A stretch of DNA of 64,000 nucleotides. Source: an uncultured Opitutus sp. (GTDB lineage Bacteria > Verrucomicrobiota > Verrucomicrobiia > Opitutales > Opitutaceae). The translations under genes were made by a program, and so were the position numbers. The stretch lies in contig CAYZCV010000003.1 in NCBI GenBank assembly GCA_964476965.1, positions 1,184 to 65,183 of the forward strand, given 5' to 3'. Below are positions 26,049 through 34,581 of this stretch, piece after piece; positions within the stretch are counted from its first letter, which is position 1; each line of letters begins with the position of its first letter. The notes beneath the pieces were generated by a model, which did no database searches, had not been told where the DNA came from, and worked only from the letters and a program-made list of their open reading frames with translations.

Positions 26049-26945
26049 TCAGCCCAGCGGCGCCCGCACGCAGTCGGCGTAGCGCAGCTTCATTCCATCC
26101 TCGCCGCTCAGGGCCAGGACATCGCCACCGAGCCGAACCAGGCGCAGATCCGCGACGGGTTTGGGCAGGCGCCCGACAACCGTGACAACGCCCGTCGCAA
26201 GGTCACAGGCCAGGATCTCGTCGGCAAAGGCATCGGCATAACCGCCAAACCAGAGCACGCGGCCCTCATGGGCCAGTCCGCCCATCGCCCGACAGGGCCG
26301 CGGCAGCGTGCCGATCCGCGACCATCGGTCGTCGCGGGCATCATAGCAGAGAATCTCGTCGAGGTTCCGTACCCCCGCGCCGTCCGGCACACAGCCGCCG
26401 GCCACCACGAGGCAATCGCCCACCGCGGTGACGGCGCTCACGAAGCGCGCGGGTCCCGGCAGAGGCGCGCGCTCTTCCCACGCACCTGTGCCTGAGCAAC
26501 TCCACAGCGTCCGCGTCGCGGAGGCATAGTCGGTGCCCTGCCCCGCGAGCCCGCCGACGACATACACCGTTTCCCGGATCACGCCGGCACCCACCGTCCG
26601 GCGCGCCTCCGGCAGCGCCGGCCACGGACGCCACGCGCCGCCACGGGTGGCCCACACCTCGCGACTGCCCTCGGTCTCCCCGCCCCCGCCGAGCACCACG
26701 AATTCCCCGCCGCAGACCACGCCCACCGCATCCCCCGCCAGCCGGGGCACCGGCGGCAGGCTGCTCCAGCGCCCGGTGGCCGGATCGAAGCGGTCGGCCG
26801 TGTCGACCCAATGCTTGCGCCCTTCCGCCCAGTAGGTGCCTCCGGCCACCAGGACCTCCGACCCCAGCGCGGCGATCGCACAGCCCGCGCGCGGGAGCGG
26901 CATGACTCCGGCGGACTTCCACGCAGCGAGAGGGAGCAGCATCAT
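26049..26945 (-). CDS. Kelch-repeat beta-propeller protein (NanM-like N-acetylneuraminate mutarotase candidate)
   Basis: Track ORF 26049..27014 trimmed to ATG 26945 (MMLLPLAAWKS). Repeated GG...W...P units (VLVAGGTYW, FVVLGGGG, VYVVGGLAG, LVVAGGC, VLWFGGY). Confidence 0.65.
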   Translation of the reverse strand: MMLLPLAAWKSAGVMPLPRAGCAIAALGSEVLVAGGTYWAEGRKHWVDTADRFDPATGRWSSLPPVPRLAGDAVGVVCGGEFVVLGGGGETEGSREVWATRGGAWRPWPALPEARRTVGAGVIRETVYVVGGLAGQGTDYASATRTLWSCSGTGAWEERAPLPGPARFVSAVTAVGDCLVVAGGCVPDGAGVRNLDEILCYDARDDRWSRIGTLPRPCRAMGGLAHEGRVLWFGGYADAFADEILACDLATGVVTVVGRLPKPVADLRLVRLGGDVLALSGEDGMKLRYADCVRAPLG

Positions 26946-26961
26946 GGGGAAATTTCTTCGT

Positions 26962-28044
26962 TCAGGGTATCCGGTCCCACAGCACGCGGTGATCGAGATC
27001 GGAGATCTTGGCACAACCGAGCAGGGACATGGCCATGAGCAATTCCTTGCGCAGGATTCGGATCACATGCTCGACGCCCGCCGCGCCGCCGATTGCCAGC
27101 CCGTAGACATACGGCCGCCCGATCTGCACCGCCGCCGCCCCCAACGCCAGTGCCTTGACGATATCAGTCCCCCGGCGCACGCCGCCATCCACAATCACGG
27201 GCACCCGGCCGGCCACCGCCGCGACGACCTCCGGGAGGACCTCGATCGTCGCCGGCAGCGTATCCAGGCAGCGCCCGCCATGATTCGACACCATGATCCC
27301 CTCGGCGCCGGAGCCGACCCCCAGCAGGGCGTCCTCGCCGCACATCACGCCCTTCAGCAGCAGGGGCACGCGGCAGATCGAGCGCAGCCACTCCACGTCT
27401 TTCCACGTCAGATTGGCCGGGATCACGGCGTCCAGGGTCTGGATTGACGAGGGTTCCCGGCTCCCGGCCAGATGCGGATAGGTGACTCCCGGCGGCAGCG
27501 CCATCGGCAGGCGCTGCTGGCGGTAGCGCGCGCCGTCCAGCGGACTGTCGACCGTCACGCAGATGGCCTCCGCGCCCGCCGCCTGCACGCGCTCCACCAG
27601 ATCCCGCGTCACGCCGCGGTCCTTCACCACATACAGCTGGTACCAGATTGGCGCCTTCGCGACCTTCATCACGTCCTCGATGCTCGTGTGCGTCCCCGAG
27701 CTGAGTCCAAAGGTCACGCCCATCGCCCCAGCCGCCTCTGCGGTCGCGAGTTCGCCCCGCGGATGGGTGAAGCAATGGCCCGCGGTCGGCGCCAGCAGCA
27801 GCGGGAGCGGCATGCGCCGACCGAGCAACGTGGTCGAGCAGTCGAGCGTCGAAAGATCCCGCAGCACGCGCTGGCGCAGCCGATAGTCGGAAAACCGCTC
27901 GCGGTTCCAACGCACGGTGATCTCGTCCGCCGCCCCGCCGGAAACGTAATTATAGACGACCCGCGGCATCGCCGCCCGAGCCGCGTCCTCGACGTCGTCG
28001 AGGTTGAGCAGCGATTCGAGATTCAACCCGGAGTCGGCACTCAT
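26962..28044 (-). CDS. FMN-dependent alpha-hydroxy-acid oxidase/dehydrogenase (L-lactate / glycolate oxidase family)
   Basis: The motifs VSNHGGRCLD, WYQLYV and VDGGVRRGTDIVKALALGA are diagnostic of the glycolate oxidase / LldD family. Confidence 0.9.
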   Translation of the reverse strand: MSADSGLNLESLLNLDDVEDAARAAMPRVVYNYVSGGAADEITVRWNRERFSDYRLRQRVLRDLSTLDCSTTLLGRRMPLPLLLAPTAGHCFTHPRGELATAEAAGAMGVTFGLSSGTHTSIEDVMKVAKAPIWYQLYVVKDRGVTRDLVERVQAAGAEAICVTVDSPLDGARYRQQRLPMALPPGVTYPHLAGSREPSSIQTLDAVIPANLTWKDVEWLRSICRVPLLLKGVMCGEDALLGVGSGAEGIMVSNHGGRCLDTLPATIEVLPEVVAAVAGRVPVIVDGGVRRGTDIVKALALGAAAVQIGRPYVYGLAIGGAAGVEHVIRILRKELLMAMSLLGCAKISDLDHRVLWDRIP

Positions 28045-28056
28045 GGGAGCGATTCC

Positions 28057-29103
28057 TCAGGGCTGCAGCGAGATCCAGCGCCGCTCGGCCGACGACTGCA
28101 GCATGGAGCGAAAAGCCGCAACCGACGCGCGGCCGGCCTCGGCGGTGCCGATCTCGCTTGGCTTGCCCTCGATCGCCGCGATGAAGGCGGCCATCTGGTC
28201 GCAATAGGCCTGCATGCGCACATCCGCGAAGGCCGTGTCCGCACCCTCATGCTTGACCGGGGGCTGCTGCGAGACCACCCGCCAGCCGTTCTCATCCGAG
28301 AGCCGGAGCTCGCTGTAGGCGTCCAGGTCAAGCAGCGCCTTCGAACCCGTGATCCGGAAGCGGAAATCCTCGCCGGGAAACGACGGCGCGGGCAACGCGC
28401 GGCTCGAAAAGAGCGAGCCAATCGCGCCGTTGGAAAACTCGAGCAGCGACATGGTCGTGTCCTCGACCTTGATCCCGGGCAGGAAGGTTCGGGACAGTGA
28501 CGAGACGGACGTCACGTCGGCACGCATGAACCAGCGGAGCAGATCGATCGCGTGGGGCGAGCTGTTGAGGAGGTGGCCGAGGCTGCGCGGATCATTCCAC
28601 CAGGACCAGTCGCCGCCAAATCCACCGGCCTTGATCGCGCCGGCGTACATCGGCATGGAGACCTGCACGGCGAGGATGTCACCAATCGCCCCGCTGCGAA
28701 TCAGCTCGCAGGCCTTGCGGTTGTTGACGCGGAAGCGCTGCTGGTAACCGACCCCGAGCTGGAGCTTTCGCTCCGCAGCGGCCGCCATCATGCGGTCGCA
28801 GTCCTCCACCGAGGTCGCGAGCGGCTTCTCGACCAACACATGCTTTCCCTGGGCCAGCGCCGCCAGCGCCTCCTCGACATGGAGGTGATGCGGGGTTGTC
28901 AGCACCACGGCATCAATGTCGGGCCGGGCGAACAGCGACTCCTTGGTCGGTTCGAGCGCCACCTGATACCGCGCGGCCAGCGCCGGCGCACGGGAACCGC
29001 CCGCGATCGCCTTGAGTTCCGCATTCGGCAGGCGGCGCGCCGCCTCGGCGTGCGTGCGGCCCATGAAACCGGATCCAATGATTCCAAATCGAATGACTTT
29101 CAT
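28057..29103 (-). CDS. Gfo/Idh/MocA-family oxidoreductase
   Basis: Track ORF 28057..29466 trimmed to ATG 29103 (MKVIRFGIIGSGFMGRTHAEA). VVLTTPHHLH and LVEKPL. Confidence 0.85.
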   Translation of the reverse strand: MKVIRFGIIGSGFMGRTHAEAARRLPNAELKAIAGGSRAPALAARYQVALEPTKESLFARPDIDAVVLTTPHHLHVEEALAALAQGKHVLVEKPLATSVEDCDRMMAAAAERKLQLGVGYQQRFRVNNRKACELIRSGAIGDILAVQVSMPMYAGAIKAGGFGGDWSWWNDPRSLGHLLNSSPHAIDLLRWFMRADVTSVSSLSRTFLPGIKVEDTTMSLLEFSNGAIGSLFSSRALPAPSFPGEDFRFRITGSKALLDLDAYSELRLSDENGWRVVSQQPPVKHEGADTAFADVRMQAYCDQMAAFIAAIEGKPSEIGTAEAGRASVAAFRSMLQSSAERRWISLQP

Positions 29104-29209
29104 CGCGTGAGTGCTGGAGGAGTGACCCGGTCCGGACGTGGGGGTGGGCCGCGGAAGAGGGAGGGAGGGTTGAGGGAGGAGAGAAAGACGCGCGACAGCA
29201 CGGGATCCA

Positions 29210-31123
29210 TCAGGCACCCCAGCGCTGGAATGCCTCGATCGCCTCGTAATTCGCCAAACCGAGATGGTCGTAGAGCTCGGCCAGGCGCCGGTTCTGCCGT
29301 TCGGCCTGCTGCCAGAGCTCATTCGTGCCGTGCGCCAGCGCCGCGGCCTGGCCGCGCTGCGACTTGTGGTGGTGCATCGCACTGATCTTCTCGGAAAGCT
29401 CGTGCGGGCTGAGCGGCACCGCCATGTCCACCTCGGCCGGCTCCCACGGACGATCGGTCCCTGCAAAGAGCCAGATGCGGCAATCCTTCAGCCAGGCCGC
29501 CGCGTGGGCTGACGCCAGCGCCTGCCGCAGCAGGCCAAAGCAGACGGCCGACAACGAGCTGGGGTCCGCGGCCTGACCTGTGACAAAGATCTGGTGCGGT
29601 TGCACCTCGTCGAGCAGCGCCGACACCGCCTGCACATCAGCCGGACCGAGGCGGAACTGGCGGTACTTGCCCTTCTCATAGAACGGCAGATCGAGGAAAC
29701 GCAGGCGCTCGGCCGGCAGCCCGAGCACGCGCAGCGCCGACCGCGCCTCACCCCGCCGCAGCAGGCCCTTGAGCCGGCGCACCTCGTCGGAATCCACCGC
29801 GAATGCGCCCCGTGACAGCAGCTGCTCGCGCACGCTGCGCGCAAAATCCGCCTTGCCCGCGCTCAGACCCTTGCCGTCCTGTGCCAGCTCGAGCATGAGG
29901 TCCGCGGCCATCTCTGCATCCTCGTCCGGCACCGCCAGATTGCCCGAGGTCAGGTACGCGACCGTGACGGCGTGACCCTGCTTGACCAGACGCCGCAGCG
30001 TCCCGCCCATGCCCAAGGTGTCATCACAGGGCTCCGGACTCAGCACCAACACGCGCTTCGGGAAGGGCGTGGCCCGCTCCGGGCGATGCGAGTCATCCGC
30101 GGTCGGCTTTCCTCCGGGCCAACCGGTGATGGTGTGCTGGACCTGATTGAAGATCCGGATGTTCACCTCGTAGGCCGGTCCCTGCTCGGTCAGCAGGTCA
30201 GCCATGCCATTCTCGCCGTACTCCTCGTCAACCAGCTTGAGGATCGGCTTCTGCAGGTGCAGTGAAAGCCACACCACCGCGCGGCGAGCGATCGCCGGCG
30301 TCCAAGTGACGGGGCCGACCAGCCAGGGCAAGCGGGACCGCGTGAGTTCGCTCGCCGCGGCGCTGTCGAGGTGGAAGGCGACGTCGTCATGCCCCTGCAG
30401 GAGGCTCGCGGGCAGTGTGTCCGACGGTGCGGCCTCGACCGCCTGGGCCACCACGCCCGCCTTGGCCGCGCCCCACGCGAGCAGGCGCACCCGGCGTGCG
30501 TCGCGGATCGTGCCCACGCCCATCGTGATCGCGTAGCGCGGGACATTCATCTCGCCGCGGAAATCGCGGGCGGCATCTCGGCGGGTCAGGGAGTCGAGCG
30601 TCACGAGACGCGTGCGGGACTCGCGACCCGAGCCGGGCTCATTGAAGCCAATGTGACCAGTCCGGCCGATGCCCAGCACCTGGAGGTCAATGCCGCCCAG
30701 CGCCTTGATCTTCGCCTCGTAGGCCGCACAGGCCGCAAAGATCTCCCCGCGGGCGAGCGTGCCGTCCGGCAGATTGATCGCATCCGCCGGCAGATCGATG
30801 TGCTGGAAGAGCTGGTCGTGCATGAACCGCCAGTAGCTTTCCGGGTGTTCGCGCGACAGGCCCTGGTACTCGTCGAGATTGAAGGTGACAACGTTGCGGA
30901 ACGACAGCCCCTCCTCGCGGTGCAGGCGGATCAGCTGCTGGTAGAGCCGGACCGGGGTCGAGCCCGTGGCCAGCCCGAGCACGGTCTTGCGCCCCGCGGC
31001 CTCGTTGGTGCGGATGAGCCCGCGGATCTCCTCCGCGATCAGCCGGCAGGCTTCGTCGGCCGAGCCGTGGATGAAGGACTTGATGCGCTCGCGCTGCTCG
31101 AACTCGGTGGGATCGTGGGTCAT
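29210..31123 (-). CDS. nagB: Long-form glucosamine-6-phosphate deaminase: NagB domain fused to a C-terminal LmbE-like (PIG-L) domain
   Basis: Track ORF 29210..31486 trimmed to ATG 31123 (MTHDPTEFEQRERIK). GLATGSTP and GIGRTGHIGFNEPGS are NagB motifs. The C-terminal half has LVLSPEPCDDTLGMGGTL and AMHHHKSQ, which are LmbE-type motifs. The stop of the upstream epimerase gene overlaps this start. Confidence 0.85.
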   Translation of the reverse strand: MTHDPTEFEQRERIKSFIHGSADEACRLIAEEIRGLIRTNEAAGRKTVLGLATGSTPVRLYQQLIRLHREEGLSFRNVVTFNLDEYQGLSREHPESYWRFMHDQLFQHIDLPADAINLPDGTLARGEIFAACAAYEAKIKALGGIDLQVLGIGRTGHIGFNEPGSGRESRTRLVTLDSLTRRDAARDFRGEMNVPRYAITMGVGTIRDARRVRLLAWGAAKAGVVAQAVEAAPSDTLPASLLQGHDDVAFHLDSAAASELTRSRLPWLVGPVTWTPAIARRAVVWLSLHLQKPILKLVDEEYGENGMADLLTEQGPAYEVNIRIFNQVQHTITGWPGGKPTADDSHRPERATPFPKRVLVLSPEPCDDTLGMGGTLRRLVKQGHAVTVAYLTSGNLAVPDEDAEMAADLMLELAQDGKGLSAGKADFARSVREQLLSRGAFAVDSDEVRRLKGLLRRGEARSALRVLGLPAERLRFLDLPFYEKGKYRQFRLGPADVQAVSALLDEVQPHQIFVTGQAADPSSLSAVCFGLLRQALASAHAAAWLKDCRIWLFAGTDRPWEPAEVDMAVPLSPHELSEKISAMHHHKSQRGQAAALAHGTNELWQQAERQNRRLAELYDHLGLANYEAIEAFQRWGA

Positions 31124-32322
31124 GGCAGCTTGAGCAGTTCGCGCACGAGGTTGCCGCAGTACCACTGCATGCGGGGCAGATGGAACGGCCCCTTCCAGAG
31201 ATTGCCCTTGAGCTGAGTGGAAATGCGTCCGTCGCGGTGGGCGTAACCAAACCACTCGCCATGCTCCGGATCCGCAAAGACCCGCCGGGACCAGGCATAC
31301 ACCTCGCCATGCCAGCGCGCATAGCGCGCATCTCCGGTCAGCTGGTAGGCCAGCAGGGTCGCGATCTCCGCCTCGTTGTGCGGCCACCAGAACTTCATCT
31401 CCGCCCAGTACTCCTGCACCGGTTTGCCGTGCACGTCCACGAAGTAGAGCAGACCACCAAACTCCGGATCCCACCCACGCCGCCACATGCCGTCGAGGAT
31501 CGCCAGACCGAGCGTCTGCATCGCGGCATCCCCGCGAAGCTTGGCCTCATGCAGGATGAACCACGCACACTCAATCGCATGGCCCGGATTGAGCGTGCGC
31601 CCGTCGAAGTGATCGGAAATCTCGCCCTCGGGCGTGACCGCCTCCATCAGCACGCCGAGGTCCGGCTTGTAAAAGTCGCGGCGGACTTCCTCGATCGAGC
31701 GGTCGATCCAGGCCGTGCAGGTCGCCTCGCCGACCGTCACGTCGCCCAGCAGCTTGCGGATCTCCTGCGCGGTGACGATGGCGATCATCAGCGGCGCGAC
31801 GCCCTTCATCGGGCGGGTTTCCGGGTCGGTCTTGGGTGGCATCACCCCTGGCGTGAAGCTGTGGCGCAGGTAGGTCGCGAAGTAGCCGAGCGCCTCGTCC
31901 CTCGCCCGCGCGTCCCCAGTCGCCTTGGCATAGGCCGCACTGCCGATCGCGGCGAAGCATTCACTGTAGACGTAGCGGCGCATGCGCAGCGGCCGGCCTT
32001 CCCGGGTGACGGTGAAGTAGAGTTTGCCCCCGGGCCCGCGGCAGTGGTCGCGGATGAAATCGAGGCAGCTGCGGGCCTGCTCGAGCCACTCCGGCCGCCG
32101 GCCGCGGGTGAGGTAGGCGGTGGAGAACGTCCACGCCGCCCGTCCCTGAAGCCAGACCGCCTTGTCCGTGTCGATGATCGCCCCATCGCGAGCCAGGCCC
32201 GTGATCAGCCCACCGTGCTCGCGGTCCGCCCCGTGGCGCAGCCAGAACGGAAGCGTCCGTTCCAAGAGTCCGTCGTCGTAATCCCTGAGCAGGGAAGTGA
32301 GCTGCGGAACGGAGAGGCTCAT
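31120..32322 (-). CDS. N-acylglucosamine 2-epimerase (AGE / renin-binding-protein family)
   Basis: Track ORF 31120..32505 trimmed to ATG 32322 (MSLSVPQLTSLL). TLPFWLRHGADREHGGLITGLARDGAIIDTDKAVWLQGRAAW and WWPHNEA are typical of the AGE (alpha/alpha)6 barrel. Confidence 0.85.
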   Translation of the reverse strand: MSLSVPQLTSLLRDYDDGLLERTLPFWLRHGADREHGGLITGLARDGAIIDTDKAVWLQGRAAWTFSTAYLTRGRRPEWLEQARSCLDFIRDHCRGPGGKLYFTVTREGRPLRMRRYVYSECFAAIGSAAYAKATGDARARDEALGYFATYLRHSFTPGVMPPKTDPETRPMKGVAPLMIAIVTAQEIRKLLGDVTVGEATCTAWIDRSIEEVRRDFYKPDLGVLMEAVTPEGEISDHFDGRTLNPGHAIECAWFILHEAKLRGDAAMQTLGLAILDGMWRRGWDPEFGGLLYFVDVHGKPVQEYWAEMKFWWPHNEAEIATLLAYQLTGDARYARWHGEVYAWSRRVFADPEHGEWFGYAHRDGRISTQLKGNLWKGPFHLPRMQWYCGNLVRELLKLP

Positions 32323-32395
32323 GACGGAAGCAGTGAACCGAGGGGAACCGAACGGCGCAAGTTCCACCGGCAGCGCGCGACGCCGCCCGGACCGG

Positions 32396-33337
32396 TTACT
32401 TTTTGACGACAGCCCATTGGAAGAATCCGATGCGATCCAGTTCGACGCGGATCTTCTCGCGCTGTTCCGCGGTGCAGGTGCGGGTCGGCAGGCGGCTGTA
32501 GCCACAGTCGAGGCCGATCAGCGCCATGGTTGCCTTCAGCCCGCCGCGCCCGCCGATGCCCACGATGATTCGGACCATCTCGGCCGACAGCGACTGCAGG
32601 CGCCGAGCCTGCTCGAGGTCGCCGCGCTCGAAGGCCGCCATGATCGAGCGGTAGAGCGGTGCCGCAAAATTATAGGTCGAGCCCACCGCGCCGCGCACGC
32701 CAAAGGCGAGCCCGCCCAGCAGCATCTCGTCCACCCCGAAGAGAATCTCGTGCCGGCCGCCGCCGTACTCGATGCAGGCCAGCATCTCGTGCAGATTCGG
32801 GTCAGAGAACTTGATGCCCCGCAGCGTGGGCAGCTTCTGCTCCCCGAGCCGGAGGAACTCCACCATGTTGAAGGCCACCCCCGAGAGGATCGGGATGTGA
32901 TAGTAGTAGAACGGCAGGGCGGGAGCGCCCGCCGTGATCACGCCGAGGCAGGCGATCAGGTTGTCGAGCCCATCCGGCTTGAAGTAGCCGGGCGGCGTCG
33001 CCGAGATCGCCGCGGCCCCACATTTCTGCGCGTGGGCCGCCAGCCCGCGCGCCTCCTCGATGCTGTTGTGTCCCACCTGGACCACGACCGGGACCCGCCC
33101 GGCCGCTGCCTTGATCGAGACCGCCGCCACGATCTCGCGCTCCGCCGTGGTGAGCAACGGCCCCTCACCCGTGCTGCCGCAGACGTACAGGCCCGCGGCG
33201 CCCTGGGCAATCACGCCGTCGACGACCGCCGGGATCCGCTCCACATCGAGCGAGCCGTCGGCCTTGAAGGGCGTGAAGGTGGCCGCTACGAGGCCGCTGA
33301 GCAGCCGGGGCGAGGAGGAATCAGCACGCGGGGTCAT
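32396..33337 (-). CDS. nanA: N-acetylneuraminate lyase (DHDPS/NAL family)
   Basis: LYVCGSTGEG (GxxGE) and LRGIKFSD (Schiff-base lysine context). It is the first gene of an operon with the AGE epimerase and NagB. The assignment rests on family plus context. Confidence 0.75.
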   Translation of the reverse strand: MTPRADSSSPRLLSGLVAATFTPFKADGSLDVERIPAVVDGVIAQGAAGLYVCGSTGEGPLLTTAEREIVAAVSIKAAAGRVPVVVQVGHNSIEEARGLAAHAQKCGAAAISATPPGYFKPDGLDNLIACLGVITAGAPALPFYYYHIPILSGVAFNMVEFLRLGEQKLPTLRGIKFSDPNLHEMLACIEYGGGRHEILFGVDEMLLGGLAFGVRGAVGSTYNFAAPLYRSIMAAFERGDLEQARRLQSLSAEMVRIIVGIGGRGGLKATMALIGLDCGYSRLPTRTCTAEQREKIRVELDRIGFFQWAVVKK

Positions 33338-33362
33338 GGGCCGAACCTGACTAATAAATTCC

Positions 33363-34511
33363 GTGTCTCAAGAATTTTTTAGCCGAGGCGGGAGTTTTCT
33401 TTTGCCTCCCACCCCGCCGGGCGCATTCGATCGGCGGGTGAGCACCGGCTTTTCCCAGACCCCGCACATCGTGGAGCTGGCCCGGCGGCTGGAGGAGGAT
33501 ATCCGCCAGCGGGGCCTCAAGCCGGGCGACGCCTATCTCGACCTGAAGAAATCCGCCCGGATGCTCGGGGTGAGCAACTCCACGGCCAACCGGGCGCTGC
33601 AGCTGCTGACGCAGCGCGGCGCGCTCACCCGGGTCCAGCGTCTCGGCACCTTTGTCAGCGCGCCTCCCGCCGCCGCCGGTCCGCGCGCCCTGCGGCGGGT
33701 CTTCATGATCATGCACCGCGGCTATCTCCAGCAGGAGGGACGGCTGGCGGACGGTCTGCTCGTCGGCATCCAGAGCCAGCTCCCCGGCGCGGAGGTGCAG
33801 TTCAATTTTCTGCCCGCCACCGATCCCGCCCCCTTCGTGCACCAGCTGCTGGGCGAAATCCTCCGCGCCAAGGAGCCGGCCGGGATCGTCATCACCAAGG
33901 CGCCCTATGTGGTGCAGCGCCTCGTCAAGGACAGCGGCCTGCCCGCCGTCGTTCACGGTTCCCTTTACCCTTCCCTCTCCGGTCTGGCCTGGGTGGAGCA
34001 GGACAATCCAGCCATCGCCCGACTCATCGCCGGTTACATCCGGACCCACGCGTCCCGCCACATCTGCGTGCTGGCCCGCGAGACGATGTTTCCGGGCGAC
34101 AACGAAGTCCTCGCGGAACTGGGCCGGCTGCTCGGCGCCGCCGGGTTTTCCGCCGCGGACTTTTCCGTGCGTCACCTGCCCGACGATCCCCGGGCCATCG
34201 CGGCCGAGATCGATGCCCAGATCGCCCGCCATCCCGCCGATCTTTGCCTGGTGTGCCGCTCGGAGGCCAAGGCTGAGGCCGCTCATCAGCATCTCGGCAC
34301 GCTCAAGCTGCGCGGCCGCCGTCGTCCGCGGCTCATCGCGAGCGGGGTACTCCAGCACGCGCCGGGCTCCGCCCCGTACCCGTGCATCTATCCGACCCTG
34401 CCGCCCGAGGACATCGGCGCCGCCATCGGTCGTCTCCTCGCTCAGCAGGTGTCCCACCCCAAGCGGCCACCTGGCAATGTGGTCGAGCCGGTCGCGCTCT
34501 CCGAGGGCTGA
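33363..34511 (+). CDS. AraR-type regulator: GntR winged-HTH fused to a LacI/PBP1-like sugar-binding domain
   Basis: HTH block LKKSARMLGVSNSTANRALQLLTQRGALTRVQRLGTFV followed by a roughly 270-aa alpha/beta domain. The start is uncertain: ATG 33363 leaves only 25 bp to nanA, and GTG 33438 is an alternative. Confidence 0.6.
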   Translation: MSQEFFSRGGSFLLPPTPPGAFDRRVSTGFSQTPHIVELARRLEEDIRQRGLKPGDAYLDLKKSARMLGVSNSTANRALQLLTQRGALTRVQRLGTFVSAPPAAAGPRALRRVFMIMHRGYLQQEGRLADGLLVGIQSQLPGAEVQFNFLPATDPAPFVHQLLGEILRAKEPAGIVITKAPYVVQRLVKDSGLPAVVHGSLYPSLSGLAWVEQDNPAIARLIAGYIRTHASRHICVLARETMFPGDNEVLAELGRLLGAAGFSAADFSVRHLPDDPRAIAAEIDAQIARHPADLCLVCRSEAKAEAAHQHLGTLKLRGRRRPRLIASGVLQHAPGSAPYPCIYPTLPPEDIGAAIGRLLAQQVSHPKRPPGNVVEPVALSEG

Positions 34512-34581
34512 ACCCCGGCCCGCTCAGGCCCGACGAAAAGTGCCGCTCGTCCGCCGCGCGCGAATCCGTTAGCCCTTACCC

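Noticed and set aside
29139-29176. A G-quadruplex-type run on the plus strand (GGGAGGGAGGGTTGAGGG, preceded by GTGGGGGTGGG) in the 106-bp spacer between nagB and the Gfo/Idh/MocA gene.
   Set aside because: It fits the G3N1-7 x4 pattern, but in DNA this GC-rich such runs are expected by chance. It lies on the template strand of the operon, so the mRNA carries the C-rich complement. It is noted only as a pyrimidine-rich leader; nothing supports a function.
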